From an uncultured delta proteobacterium (GTDB lineage: Bacteria; Myxococcota_A; Polyangia; Fen-1088), in NCBI GenBank assembly GCA_963767925.1, contig CAVYGB010000010.1, forward strand, positions 480,001 to 544,000: a DNA stretch of 64,000 nt, in the 5' to 3' direction. The notes beneath the pieces are model-generated. The model saw only the letters and a list, made by a program, of their open reading frames with translations, was not told the DNA's origin and did not search any database. Both the position numbers and the translations under genes were made by a program. Below are positions 20,081-30,435 of the stretch, in pieces (the first letter of the stretch is position 1; each line of letters opens with the position of its first letter).

Positions 20081-20983
20081 TCACCCCGGCTTGCGGCGGC
20101 CCGCCACCAGGGTGGTCAGGGCGCCGGGCGGGCCGGGCAAGGTGCGAACCTCGACGAGCCCGCTGTCACGAAGCACCGCCTCTCCCTCGACGCTGGCCCA
20201 GAGCGGCCCGCCCCACAGGGTCGCCCGCAGCCGCACCAGGGCGGCGGTCTGCGGATCCGGGCCCTGGTTGAGCATGCCCAGCAGCATCCATCCGCCCGGG
20301 CGAAGCGCGCGGTGGGCGCGGGCGCATACCTGCGGCAAGACCCGCTCGGGCATGAAGGCGCTGGCAACCCAGGCCAGGTCGAACGCCCCCTCGTCTTCCA
20401 GCGTTTCGCCCCCCTGCTCGCGCAGCTCGATGCGGCCGCCGAGGCCGGCCCGTTCGACGTTTTCGCGGGCCAGGCGCAGGGAAGGTTGCCAGGGATCGAC
20501 GCCGACGATCCGGAGCACCGGGCACAGCCGGGCCATGGCGATGGCCAGCCCGGCGACACCCACGCCGACGTCCAGGAACGCGGCCCCTGGCCTGGTCAGG
20601 CGCTCCGACAGGCCCTCGAGCGCGGGCGCCACGTTGTGGGTGAGCCCCTGGGCAAACCCGGCGGAGATGTCGCCCGCGGCCTGCAGGACCACGGGGTCGC
20701 CGTAGTTCCATCCCGGGGTGCGGGTCGCGGCCTCCAGCAGCCCGGCCTCCATGCGGCCCATGGCCCGGAGCTCGGCCAGGAAGGGGGCCGCCTCCTGGGC
20801 GCTCACGCCGTCGAGCAGGTCCCCCCCGCCCAGCGCGGCCAGCAGCTCGTCGACGCGGGCGGCGAGGGCAGGATCGAGCGGCGTGCCGCTGGACCGGGCA
20901 TCGAGCGCGGCGCCGAGAGCGGCCAGCCCGGCCGCGGCGCTGTTGTGTCGGTTGATGAACGCCCGCAGGGTCTGGATGCTCAT
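20081..20983 (-). CDS. Class I SAM-dependent methyltransferase
   Basis: FLDVGVGVAG, VGVDPW, FDLAW, ALRPGG. ATGA overlap with the cupin gene. Confidence 0.88.
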   Translation of the reverse strand: MSIQTLRAFINRHNSAAAGLAALGAALDARSSGTPLDPALAARVDELLAALGGGDLLDGVSAQEAAPFLAELRAMGRMEAGLLEAATRTPGWNYGDPVVLQAAGDISAGFAQGLTHNVAPALEGLSERLTRPGAAFLDVGVGVAGLAIAMARLCPVLRIVGVDPWQPSLRLARENVERAGLGGRIELREQGGETLEDEGAFDLAWVASAFMPERVLPQVCARAHRALRPGGWMLLGMLNQGPDPQTAALVRLRATLWGGPLWASVEGEAVLRDSGLVEVRTLPGPPGALTTLVAGRRKPG

Positions 20984-21435
20984 GGCTTTTTCCCTTCGTG
21001 TGCCGGCGTGTTGTCGAACTTGCCGGACCCCTGGTGGAAAAGGACGCACGCCGCGCCCGCCACGCAGCCGCTCGTGTGCCGGGTGCCCCCGGGGATCATG
21101 ATGTACGAGCCCGGCCCGTAGGATTTCTCTGGGCCGCCCTCCGGACCGTACCTGAACGTGCCCGAGACGGTCACGATCTTCAGGTCCGCCTCGTGCGTGT
21201 GCAGCGGATGCACGGTGGCCGCCGGGAAGGTCACCATCACCCCGTGGGCGCCGCTGGCCATGTCGCCCCATAGCCGGGCAATCTGGACGCCACCGCTGCC
21301 GGGCGCCTCCACCCACTTCAGCTCCGTTGCTGGCACCACCGTCGCCTGCTTGCCGCCCCTGGCCGTGGCCGCGGCCAGGCCGACGCAGGTGGCCATGGCG
21401 ACGAACATGCTGATGCCGATCCCTTTGATCTTCAT
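20980..21435 (-). CDS. Exported cupin (DUF4437-like)
   Basis: Signal peptide, LWGD, PLHTH, GPGSY..IPGG..H.SGC, AGGAGA RBS. Confidence 0.85.
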   Translation of the reverse strand: MKIKGIGISMFVAMATCVGLAAATARGGKQATVVPATELKWVEAPGSGGVQIARLWGDMASGAHGVMVTFPAATVHPLHTHEADLKIVTVSGTFRYGPEGGPEKSYGPGSYIMIPGGTRHTSGCVAGAACVLFHQGSGKFDNTPAHEGKKP

Positions 21436-21493
21436 TGTGTCTCCTTTGTTTGTCGTGCTGGGAGCTCTTCCCATCCCTCGGGCGTGAATTCGG

Positions 21494-24400
21494 GTGGCAC
21501 AATGTGCCGCTGACTTGGCCACTGCCCCCAAGAGCCCTCCCGGGCATCGGATCTGGCTCGGCCGCAAGCGGGAGGTGGGCGAGCTGGAAGCCGGGCTGGA
21601 AGATCTGCGGGCGGGACGCGGCAGCCTGTTCCTGATCACCGGCGAGCCCGGCATCGGCAAGACCAGGCTGGCCGACGAGATCGGGCGGACGGCGGCTGTC
21701 CGGGGGCTCTCCGTCCACTGGGGTCGGGCCTGGGAGGTCGGCGGTGCCCCTTCGTACTGGCCTTTCATCCAGGTGCTGCGCAGCATCTGCGGCGAGCTCG
21801 AGCCGACGGGGCTGGACGGCGCGCTGGAAGCCGGGCACGCCGCGGAGCTCGCCGAGCTGATGCCGGAGATCCGCGCGCGCTTTCCCGACCTGGCGGCGCA
21901 GGCGCCCGTCCAGGCGACGCGGGATCGCTTCCAGCTCTTCGACGCCGTGGGCGCGTTTCTGCGGGTCGCGGCGGCGCGGGCGCCGCGGCTGATCCTGCTC
22001 GACGATCTCCACGCGGCCGACCCGTCGTCGCTGCTGCTGCTCTGGTTCCTGGTGCGGGACCTGCGGTCGGCGGCGCTGATGGTGGTCGGGACCTTCCGCG
22101 AGGCTGAGGCGCGGCTGGCGCCGGAGATCGGTCGGACGCTGGCGCAGGTCTCGCGAGAGGCCTGCGTGCTGCCCCTGCGCCGACTGGATCGGCTCGAGGT
22201 GGCCGACTTCGTGATCCAGGCGACCGGTGCGCCGCCGGACGCGGACCGCCTCGCAGCCATCCACCAGCGCACCGAAGGCAACCCCCTGTTTCTGCGGGAG
22301 CTGCTCCGCCTGGACGCGGTCGCGGCGGCCCCAGCACCCGAAGGGATCCGCGAGGTGGTGCGCGCGCGCCTGGCGCTGCTGACGCCGCCCGTGCGGCGGG
22401 CGCTCGAAGCGGCCTCCGTGCTCGGCCGCGAGCTCGCGGTCGGGCCGCTGGCGGCGCTGGTCGAGGCGCCGGAGGCGGAGGTGGCGGCCTGGGTGGCGGC
22501 GGCGACGGACGCCGGGATCATCGAGCCGCTGGAGGGCGGGTCAGGGCGCTGGCGCTTCACCCACGTCCTGCTACGCGAAGGGCTCTATCAGGACCTCGAC
22601 GCCGACCGCCGCGCCGGCTGGCACCGGGCCGCCGCGGCGGACCTGGGGAGGCGACGAGAGCCGCCGCTGGCCGAGCTGGCCCACCATCTGCTGCTCGCCC
22701 TGCCGCTGGCCGCGCCGGCCGAGGCGGCCGACGCGGCGGTGCGGGCCGCCCGACAGGCCATGGAGGTGCTGGCCTTCGAGGACGCGGTGGCGCTGCTGGG
22801 GCGGGCGATCGATCTGCTCGAGGACGCCGGCGGCGAGGAGCGGCGACTGGCCGAGGCGCTGCTCGGGAGCGGCTCCGCCCGCATCCGCGCCGGCGAGATC
22901 GAGCTGGGCAAGCAGGACTGCCGGCGCAGCGCCGAGCTGGCCCGGAGTCTGGGCGACGGGGAGCTGCTCGCGCGCGCGGCGCTCGGTTCCGCCTTCGAGT
23001 TCACGCCCGCGATTCGCGACGTCGCGCTCATCGCCCTGCTCGAGGAGGCGCTGGCCGTGCTCCCGCCCGGCGACGGGGCGCTGCGGGCTCGCTGCATGGT
23101 CCAGCTCGCGGCCGAGCGCCAGCCCGAGCCCGACACCGGACCGCCGGTGGAGCTGGCGCTGGCCGCGGTGGCGATGGCCAGACGGGTGGCGGACGCCGAC
23201 ACCCTCCGGTTCACGCTCTCCACCGCCGCCCTGGCCATGCTGGGCTTCGGCGATACCGGCCAGCGGCTGGCGATCAACCACGAGGCGCTGCGGCTCGGGC
23301 TGGCCTCCGGCGACAAGATGGTGGCCATGCGCGCCCACCACTGCTTGATCGCCGACTACTGGGAGCTGGGCGATCGCGGGACCGCGGACGCGCACCTCCG
23401 CGGCTACACCGCCCTGGTGCGGGACTTTCGTCGGGGTCGATTTCACTGGATGCCGATCGCCCTGAGCGCGGCCACCGCGCTGTGGGAGGGCCAGTTCGAG
23501 GAGGCCGACCGCCTCTTCCGGGTGGCCGACGAGATCGCCCGCCAGGACGAGTCGCGCGGCGGCTCCATGCTGGCCTTCCCCGTCGCCTTCTGTCGCGCGG
23601 CCGAGCGCCACGACGACCTGCCAGGGCTCGAGGCGCAGCTGCGGGCGGCCTTCGGGTCGATGCCCCACCAGCTGGGCGGCTGCATCGGCGAGCTGTTCAT
23701 CGCCCAGCTCCACGCTCGGGCCGGCGACCGCCAGCGTACGGCGGCGCAGCTCGCGGTGGTGCGCGCGCACCCGGTGTTCGCCGAGATCCGGGAGCCTTCC
23801 TGGCTCGGTCTGCTGGCCGAAGCCTGTCAGCTGCTCGGCGACCTGCCCCTGGCCGAGCGGCTGTATGCGGCGCTGTTGCCCCGGGCGGGGCGCTTCGTCA
23901 ACCTCGTCCCGCTGGCACTGTCCGAACCGCCGTACGCCCGCCAGCTCGGGCTGCTGGCCCAGACCCTGGGGCGGCTCGATCAGGCCGTCGCTTTCCTCGC
24001 CGACGCCGAGGCCAGCGTCGTGCGCGCCGGGATGCGCTCACACCTCGCCCGCCTCCGGTACGAGCTCGCGGGCGCGCTGCTCGCCCGCGGCGGCGCCGGC
24101 GACCGCGCGCGAGCCGCGGCCCTGCTGGCGCAATCGGCCGAGCTCGCCGAGGAGCTCGGGCAGGCCCCGCTGCTGCCGCTGGTCGCGGCGCGACTCGCCG
24201 TCTGTGGCGAAGGCGATGATGAAGCGGCGCTGCCGCCGCCGGTCCGGACCATGGCGTCGTTCGCCCTGCGGCGCGAGGGCGACTACTGGACCATCGCCCA
24301 GGGCACGCGCACGGTGCGCCTCCGCGACAGCCGTGGCCTGCAGGTGCTGGCCGGCCTTGTGGACAGCCCCGGGCAGGAGTTTCACGTGCTCCAGCTGGCC

Positions 24401-24793
24401 GCCTCCGGCGAGGAGGTCGGCGACGCGGGCGACGCCGGCACCGTGCTCGACGCCGAGGCCGTGCAGAGTTACCGGCGACGGCTGCTCGACCTGCGCGACA
24501 AGCTCGAGGAGGCCGAGGCGCGGGCCGACACCGGCCACGCCGAGGTCGCCCGCGAGGAGATCGACCGGCTGACGCAGGAGCTGGCCCGCGCCGTCGGGCT
24601 GGGCGGTCGCGCCCGCCGCACCGGCGGCGCCGCCGAGCGCGCCCGGACCGCGGTCCAGAAGCGGCTGCGCGGCGCCATCCGGCGCATCGAGGAGGAGCTG
24701 CCCGAGCTCGGCCGGCACCTGGACCAGACCATCCACACGGGCACCTTCTGCAGCTATCACCCCGAAGGTCGCGCCAGTACCCGCCGTCGCTGA
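21494..24793 (+). CDS. AAA/STAND-type ATPase transcriptional regulator
   Basis: GEPGIGKT, LLDDLH.AD, TEGNPLF, helical repeats, C-terminal RREGDYW...AERAR...TG.FCSY.P domain. Confidence 0.88.
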   Translation: MAQCAADLATAPKSPPGHRIWLGRKREVGELEAGLEDLRAGRGSLFLITGEPGIGKTRLADEIGRTAAVRGLSVHWGRAWEVGGAPSYWPFIQVLRSICGELEPTGLDGALEAGHAAELAELMPEIRARFPDLAAQAPVQATRDRFQLFDAVGAFLRVAAARAPRLILLDDLHAADPSSLLLLWFLVRDLRSAALMVVGTFREAEARLAPEIGRTLAQVSREACVLPLRRLDRLEVADFVIQATGAPPDADRLAAIHQRTEGNPLFLRELLRLDAVAAAPAPEGIREVVRARLALLTPPVRRALEAASVLGRELAVGPLAALVEAPEAEVAAWVAAATDAGIIEPLEGGSGRWRFTHVLLREGLYQDLDADRRAGWHRAAAADLGRRREPPLAELAHHLLLALPLAAPAEAADAAVRAARQAMEVLAFEDAVALLGRAIDLLEDAGGEERRLAEALLGSGSARIRAGEIELGKQDCRRSAELARSLGDGELLARAALGSAFEFTPAIRDVALIALLEEALAVLPPGDGALRARCMVQLAAERQPEPDTGPPVELALAAVAMARRVADADTLRFTLSTAALAMLGFGDTGQRLAINHEALRLGLASGDKMVAMRAHHCLIADYWELGDRGTADAHLRGYTALVRDFRRGRFHWMPIALSAATALWEGQFEEADRLFRVADEIARQDESRGGSMLAFPVAFCRAAERHDDLPGLEAQLRAAFGSMPHQLGGCIGELFIAQLHARAGDRQRTAAQLAVVRAHPVFAEIREPSWLGLLAEACQLLGDLPLAERLYAALLPRAGRFVNLVPLALSEPPYARQLGLLAQTLGRLDQAVAFLADAEASVVRAGMRSHLARLRYELAGALLARGGAGDRARAAALLAQSAELAEELGQAPLLPLVAARLAVCGEGDDEAALPPPVRTMASFALRREGDYWTIAQGTRTVRLRDSRGLQVLAGLVDSPGQEFHVLQLAASGEEVGDAGDAGTVLDAEAVQSYRRRLLDLRDKLEEAEARADTGHAEVAREEIDRLTQELARAVGLGGRARRTGGAAERARTAVQKRLRGAIRRIEEELPELGRHLDQTIHTGTFCSYHPEGRASTRRR

Positions 24794-24999
24794 GGGGGCG
24801 CCGATGCTGCCCGGTCACCCGACCCCGCGCGCCGGCGGCTGCGGTGAGCTGCCTGGCAACCCGTCCTTGAAAAGGGAGCGGCCGGTCGCATCGCTCGATG
24901 GCGATCTCGAGCCGCCAGCGTCGCGCGGCATCGCCACGCGGATGGCCCAGAACCGCCCTCCTCAGCCGCCGGCCGACGAGGGCCGCCGCATCCTCACGG

Positions 25000-26325
25000 T
25001 CAACGAAACCGGTACGTGATCAGCGCGGTGACTCCGGTATACACGTCGGTCGCGCCTCCCACCTGCAGGGCATCGGTCTCCTGGGTATTCAGAGTGTAGG
25101 CGTAGCGCCGGTAGTCGGCGCCGACCTGCACCTGCAGGTCGAGATCGAACGCGTAGCCCACGGTCAAGCCAGCGTCGCTGCCGCTGACCGTGGCGTTGGG
25201 GAAGAGACCGCTGTCGGTCAGCCCGGTGGTCTCGCGCAGCTGAAGGTAGCCTGCCGACAGCACGAACGAAAGACGGCCGCTGGCGAGGCGGGCGGCGACA
25301 TTGGGGCGAAGGAAGGTGTAGTGCGACTCGACCGACAGCCGATCGGGCACCTGCACCTCGAAGTTCTGGGCGCCGTAGTCCGCCCCGAGAATCACGGTGG
25401 CGCTGCTGGCGGGCAGCCGCGCGCGCACCCCCAGGCGATACGCCAGGTGCCGCGTGGGGATCTCGGCCGCGCCCGGCCGGCTCTGGGTGGTGGCCCCCAG
25501 CGACGTCTCGAAGGCGCCGGTGAGGCCGATGTTGCCGATCCAGGAGGACGACTGGGCGGCAGGATAGAAGGACGCTTCGCCGACTATCCCGGGCGCGCCC
25601 GGGAGCCGATAGGCCGGAATCGCCGAGACGTTGTCGGAGAAGGTGAGCGACCGGAGGATCGCCCGCGCGCCGATCGAGGCCTCGAGCCTGGTCGGCGGTA
25701 CGCGCTTGCCCCGTCGCGCGATCTGCGCGCCCTCGGAGACGTCGTCGGTCTCGTCCGAGCCCGATCGTGCCTCTGCCAGCGCGGCCGGCGCAGCGGCGGC
25801 GCCCGGCGCGGCGTTCGCCACCGTGGCCCGGCGCCGAGCCAGGGCACCACCACCGGGAAGCGTCCGGCGCAGCAGCGTGGCCACCCGCGGCCAGGCGGTG
25901 AGCGACACCGCGCTGACGAGGCCAATGGGCCGAGGAGCCGAGACGAAGACCGATCCCGCGGGCATCGACCCCTGCGCGTGGTCGACATCGATGCGCGCTT
26001 GCCAGGGGCTCCCGCTCATCACCTGCCCCTTGATCACCGCAGCGAGGCCCAGCCGGGACGCGACCACCTCCCAGCGCTCCCCGGACTCGTACTGGCGACC
26101 AACCGCGGACACCGCCCGGCGGATCTCGGCCATCGGAACCACCTCGTACCCGTCAGTGGTCAGCCGCTCGATGACCGCCTCGCGAACGCGCTCCGCGGCC
26201 ATGCCCCGGAACGGGACCACGACGACCCGCGCGGGTTGCGCGAAGGCAGAGTCGGGCGCCGCCAGCCAGCCGGCGCCGAGGGCGAGAGTGAACAGCAAAC
26301 CAGCCACGCGATGGGTGACCTTCAT
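25000..26325 (-). CDS. Exported protein with probable C-terminal outer-membrane beta-barrel
   Basis: Signal peptide AFA, N-terminal VVVVPFRG alpha/beta domain, strand-rich C-terminus ending YRFR. Confidence 0.7.
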   Translation of the reverse strand: MKVTHRVAGLLFTLALGAGWLAAPDSAFAQPARVVVVPFRGMAAERVREAVIERLTTDGYEVVPMAEIRRAVSAVGRQYESGERWEVVASRLGLAAVIKGQVMSGSPWQARIDVDHAQGSMPAGSVFVSAPRPIGLVSAVSLTAWPRVATLLRRTLPGGGALARRRATVANAAPGAAAAPAALAEARSGSDETDDVSEGAQIARRGKRVPPTRLEASIGARAILRSLTFSDNVSAIPAYRLPGAPGIVGEASFYPAAQSSSWIGNIGLTGAFETSLGATTQSRPGAAEIPTRHLAYRLGVRARLPASSATVILGADYGAQNFEVQVPDRLSVESHYTFLRPNVAARLASGRLSFVLSAGYLQLRETTGLTDSGLFPNATVSGSDAGLTVGYAFDLDLQVQVGADYRRYAYTLNTQETDALQVGGATDVYTGVTALITYRFR

Positions 26326-26674
26326 CTCCAACTCCGATGTGGGGTCATGTGGGCCTTATACTGAAACGTTCTATCTGGAACTGGAACCTGTATTCAACAA
26401 CGCCTTCGGGCACGCAACGTCATTCGTGATCAGCCCGTCCGGGCTACTCGCGGCATCTTCGATCCTCCAGGGCAGGGCTTGACGCGGTTTTCCGGGGGCC
26501 GAACCCGGTGGGCCCATACCATCAGGTCCAGAACCGGTCGGGGACGCGCGGAGCCTGGGTCCCGCCTCCTGATCGCGCGTGACGCGCGGGTTCGAGCCAC
26601 AACCGCCTCACGAACCCGGTCGCGGCAAGCCCACCTCTCCCCGCTTGCCGCGCTTGCCACCCCGGGGGGTCGCG

Positions 26675-27814
26675 TTATTGGAGGGTGCCGAGAAACTCCG
26701 AGATCAACATGCCGCCGACACGCGGCCAGCCGTGGGTGAGGCCGTCGTACGTGATCTGCGAGGAGATGCAGAAGCGCACCGGGTTGGCGGTGCACCCCTC
26801 CCAGTCGAGGCAGACGTGCTGGGCTTGCTGGGCGGTGAAAGCGGCCATCATGTCGGTCCTCGCCTTGGCGAGCCCCGCCGGGGGCGTGGCCGAGCAGCCG
26901 TTCCGCTGCGCAAACAGCGCCGCCACGTCCTGGCCGAAGTTTCCCGCCCGATCGGTGACGCCGTGGATCACCAGCACCGGCGGTGTGCCCTTGCAGTTCA
27001 TGGTGGCGGCACGCACCACCGAGGCGCAGACCGGAGTGACCTGCCACAGGGTATCGCCGAAGCGGCAGGTGAGGTGCTCGATGAACTGACCGCCCGAGCT
27101 GACGCCCGCGATGAAGATCCGGTTCTCGTCGACGCAATATTCGCTCTTCATCAGCGCCAGCACGTCCCGGAAGTACGTGACGTTCTGCTCGAGCACGGCG
27201 GCCCCTTCCCACCCCTGGCTGATCGACTTCATGTACACGGTGATCGCGGGCAGCATCGCGAACCCGCGGCATTCGCCCTGGTTCGGCCCGCAGGCGCCAT
27301 TGCCGAACCCGTGAAAGCCAAAGCCGAGCGGCATGGGCTTCCTGGGGTCGTGGCCGGCCGGCAGGGCGACGTTGAACGTGACCATCTGGCCGCCGGTCAT
27401 GATCGTGCGGCTCCCCGCCGCCGGGTTCATCTTTCCGCATCCAGCGCTCGGAACCACTGGCCGGTTGCCCGCGCTGCTCGGCGCCGAGTCGACGGGTGGC
27501 GGGGCGGCGTCGCTGGGCCGAGACGCGTCAGCGGGAGCCGAGGGACCACCCGCTGCGCCCGCGCTGCCCCCCGTGCCGGCAGAGCCGCCCGTGCCACCAG
27601 CTCCGGCAGAGCCGCCCGTGCCACCAGCTCCGGCAGAGCCGCCTGTGCCGGCGGTCGCGCCCGTCTCCGGCGAGGTCGGTCGACCACCCGTGCCCGAAGC
27701 CCCCGGGCTGCTCCCTGCAGTTGCTCCGGGTCCCGGAGTTGCAATTCCCGAGCACGCGGCGGCTGCCGCTGCCAGCGTGAAGCTCACGAGAACCAGGCCG
27801 CGGATTCTGATCAT
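26675..27814 (-). CDS. Lipoprotein esterase (CE1/feruloyl esterase/PHB-depolymerase-like)
   Basis: AAAC lipobox, PSAGCG, FHGFG, YCVDENRIFIAGVSSGG, HGVTD, HGWP. Confidence 0.85.
   Translation of the reverse strand: MIRIRGLVLVSFTLAAAAAACSGIATPGPGATAGSSPGASGTGGRPTSPETGATAGTGGSAGAGGTGGSAGAGGTGGSAGTGGSAGAAGGPSAPADASRPSDAAPPPVDSAPSSAGNRPVVPSAGCGKMNPAAGSRTIMTGGQMVTFNVALPAGHDPRKPMPLGFGFHGFGNGACGPNQGECRGFAMLPAITVYMKSISQGWEGAAVLEQNVTYFRDVLALMKSEYCVDENRIFIAGVSSGGQFIEHLTCRFGDTLWQVTPVCASVVRAATMNCKGTPPVLVIHGVTDRAGNFGQDVAALFAQRNGCSATPPAGLAKARTDMMAAFTAQQAQHVCLDWEGCTANPVRFCISSQITYDGLTHGWPRVGGMLISEFLGTLQ
27578..27650. repeat. About 2.7 x 27-bp coding tandem repeat (GGTGGSAGA linker)
   Basis: GGCAGAGCCGCCCGTGCCACCAGCTCC repeated. 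Confidence 0.85.
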
Positions 27815-28033
27815 GTACGTCTCCTGATGAATCGAAGGCGGGCGGATGCTAGGGAACTTCCCTCCGCCCGGTCAACGCGCTCGAGGTAAAGAACGCGTGA
27901 AAGAGCCCGCGGCGTTCACGTCGAGAGAAGCGCCGCCACCGGCCGAGGGGGCCCGGCTGACGCCGATCGTCTTGCGGTCGCGGGGAGATCGAGGCTCTTA
28001 CCCCTATGTCCAATTTTTGGCATAGTGCCGGCC

Positions 28034-28966
28034 ATGTCTAGGCAAACGTCGCGACAGCACCGGGGCACGGCTTCTTTGGCGGAGAGCCGGACCACGACCC
28101 CAAACGACTGGTCCCGCCGTGCGTTCCTCGCCCTGGCCGCCGCGTCGGCCGCGGCCGGAGGGTCCCGCTCACTCATGGCCGCGCCCCGCAAGAAGATCCC
28201 GGTGGGCCTCGGGATGTACTCCCTCAAGGACGAGGAACAGAAGGACCGCCTGGCCACCCTCCGCACCGTGGCCAAGATGGGCTACCAGGGCGTCGAGTTC
28301 TGGGGGCCGTACGTCGACTGGACGCCGGCCTACGCCAAGGAGGTCCGCAAGCAACTCGACGACCTCGGCATCGCCTGCTACTCGGCCCACACCCGGCCAT
28401 CGCACTGGTCCGACGAGCACTTCCCCGGCGTCATCGAGCTCAACAAGATCCTCGGCAGCCGTTACGTGGTCATGGACCACGCGCCGGAGTCGCCGACGCT
28501 GGATGGCTGGAAGAGAAACGCCGAGCTGCTGACCAAGGGCCACGAGAAGCTGAAGCCCGCCGGCATCAAGGCCGCCCTGCACAACTGGACCACGGAGTGG
28601 CGGCTGTGCGAGGGCGTGCGCCCCATCGACTACCTGGTCAAGAACACGCCGCCCGAGTTCGGCTTCCAGCTCGACCTGGGCACCGCCTTCGGGGAAAAGG
28701 GAGATCCGATCGCCTTCATCAAGGCCAACCCCGGCCGCGTTCGGTCCTTCCATCTGAAGGACTGGTCGGCGGACCGCAGCAAGCGTGGGCTGCTCATCGG
28801 CGAGGGCGACGTGGCGTGGACGGAGCTGTTCAAGGCGGCCGAGAACAAGGGCGGGGTCGAGTACTACCTGATCGAGCAGGAGGGCAGTCGCTTCACCCCG
28901 CTCGAGACGGCGGAGCGCTCGCTCAAGAACTACCGCCAGCTCCAGACCCGCGGCCGCCTCTCCTGA
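28034..28966 (+). CDS. Tat-exported sugar phosphate isomerase/epimerase (TIM barrel)
   Basis: SRRAFL Tat motif, GYQGVEF, LHN, QLDLG, HLKD, IEQE. Confidence 0.9.
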   Translation: MSRQTSRQHRGTASLAESRTTTPNDWSRRAFLALAAASAAAGGSRSLMAAPRKKIPVGLGMYSLKDEEQKDRLATLRTVAKMGYQGVEFWGPYVDWTPAYAKEVRKQLDDLGIACYSAHTRPSHWSDEHFPGVIELNKILGSRYVVMDHAPESPTLDGWKRNAELLTKGHEKLKPAGIKAALHNWTTEWRLCEGVRPIDYLVKNTPPEFGFQLDLGTAFGEKGDPIAFIKANPGRVRSFHLKDWSADRSKRGLLIGEGDVAWTELFKAAENKGGVEYYLIEQEGSRFTPLETAERSLKNYRQLQTRGRLS

Positions 28967-29299
28967 CGCCTGGCCGCTGATCGTCTGAGCCGCGTCTCTG
29001 TCGCGGGACGACCGCCACCCGGCGAGCACCGGGAACGCCGAACCAGCTCGCCGGGAGTCGACCGCGCCACGAGGTGCGCCGAGTTCCCCAAGGTTCACCG
29101 ACGGACAGGGGACGTGGGGCCGGCCCCGGCGCCCGGTTCTTGCCTTCTGTTCCGTGATGGAACCGGCAACAGGTCGCGGGCGTTGCCAGCAACGGTCCCA
29201 GCGGGAAAGATGCTCGACACCGGCAACGGTCGCATGCCGACGGCCGAGGAGTTCTCGGTGACGATTCGCAACCTCGAGTGAAGCGCCCGTAGGACCTGG

Positions 29300-29680
29300 T
29301 CAACGCCGGTGCTCTCCCGCGCGCAGGAAGCGGCCGGGAGGCTGGCCGGTGCCGCGCGCAGCTCGCGGCTGAAGTGGGATTGGTCGAAGTAGCCGGCCTC
29401 CTGGGCCAGGCGGGTCAACGATGCGCCCGGCCGGTAGCTCTCGATGGCGTGGCGCAGGCGCAGCAGCGACTCGAGCTGCTTGGGGGAGGCGCCCACCACC
29501 CGGCGGAACCGCTTCTCGAACGGGTCCTGGCTGATGCCGAGCCGGCGGGCCAGCGCCCGGATCCGCAGCTGGCCCCGCGCCTCGCCGATCGCGCGTACGG
29601 CGGAGGCGACGAGCGGGTCGGTCGGCCCGGGACGGAGCCGCGCGAGCAGGAAAGCCTCGAACACGGCCACCCGCTCCCGA
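29300..29680 (-). pseudogene. AraC-family regulator C-terminal fragment with frameshift
   Basis: FEKRFRRVVGASPK, AGYFDQSHF. The final TGQPPGRF is in another frame (about 29350) and the N-terminus is missing. Confidence 0.8.
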
Positions 29681-29744
29681 TCGCCCCCCGCCCGCCCGCA
29701 GGGCGCGCCCGTCGCCCGGGAGGGCGCGATCGGGGGGGGTGACG

Positions 29745-29830
29745 GTGTTCGCCAGCGACCTGCAGGCCGCCGTGACCCTGGCCAAGGGCCACCCCGGGCT
29801 GGCCTTCGGCACCCGGGTCGAGGTCCGACC
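29745..29830 (+). pseudogene. YciI-like C-terminal remnant
   Basis: ASDLQAAVTLAKGHPGLAFGTRVEVRP. Confidence 0.5.
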
Positions 29831-30435
29831 GGTCAAGCCGACCCCGCCTTCACCGTAGCCGGGACAGGTGGTTCACCCAGGGCGCCGATTCGAACCGTTC
29901 ACGCCTGGGCGCCGCGCCTTCGCGAGCGCGGATCTCCAGGCGCCCTGACCGGGTTCGCCGGGTTCGGCGCCGCCCAGGCCGAGCTGGTCGAACCGACCCA
30001 TCGCAAAACGGATGTGAGCACCTAGCCCGGGTCGAGCCCCGTTTTCCAGCAAACGCCGCGCGTCGCGCCAAACGCGTCGCGGGACCGCTCGACCCCAGCC
30101 GATACCAAACACCCGGGTCGAACGGCAGGTGGCGTGAATCAGGCGGCGGGCGGGGCGGCGATCGGGCGGGTCGTGACCTCGGGGCGGGGGGTGGGGTGGC
30201 TTTGATGTGGAGGTGTGTCAGGCGCTGCCGACCATGGTGCGCTTCATTGAAAAGAAGACGACCCCGCCACCCGCGATATTGACGGCACCCCTCGATCATC
30301 GTGCGGGGCCCATCGCCGCGGCGGGTCGGCGCCAGGTGCACCCGGACACGACGTCGGCGCCCGGGTGCGCTCGCGGGGCGGCCGCCGCGGGTGGGGTCAG
30401 CCGGCGGACTCGGCCACCAGGTACGCGCGATAGGA

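Noticed and set aside
20081..22264. 727-aa and 526-aa minus-strand ORFs as full-length genes
   Set aside because: Their N-terminal extensions overlap the ATPase gene. The real starts are at 20983 and 21435.
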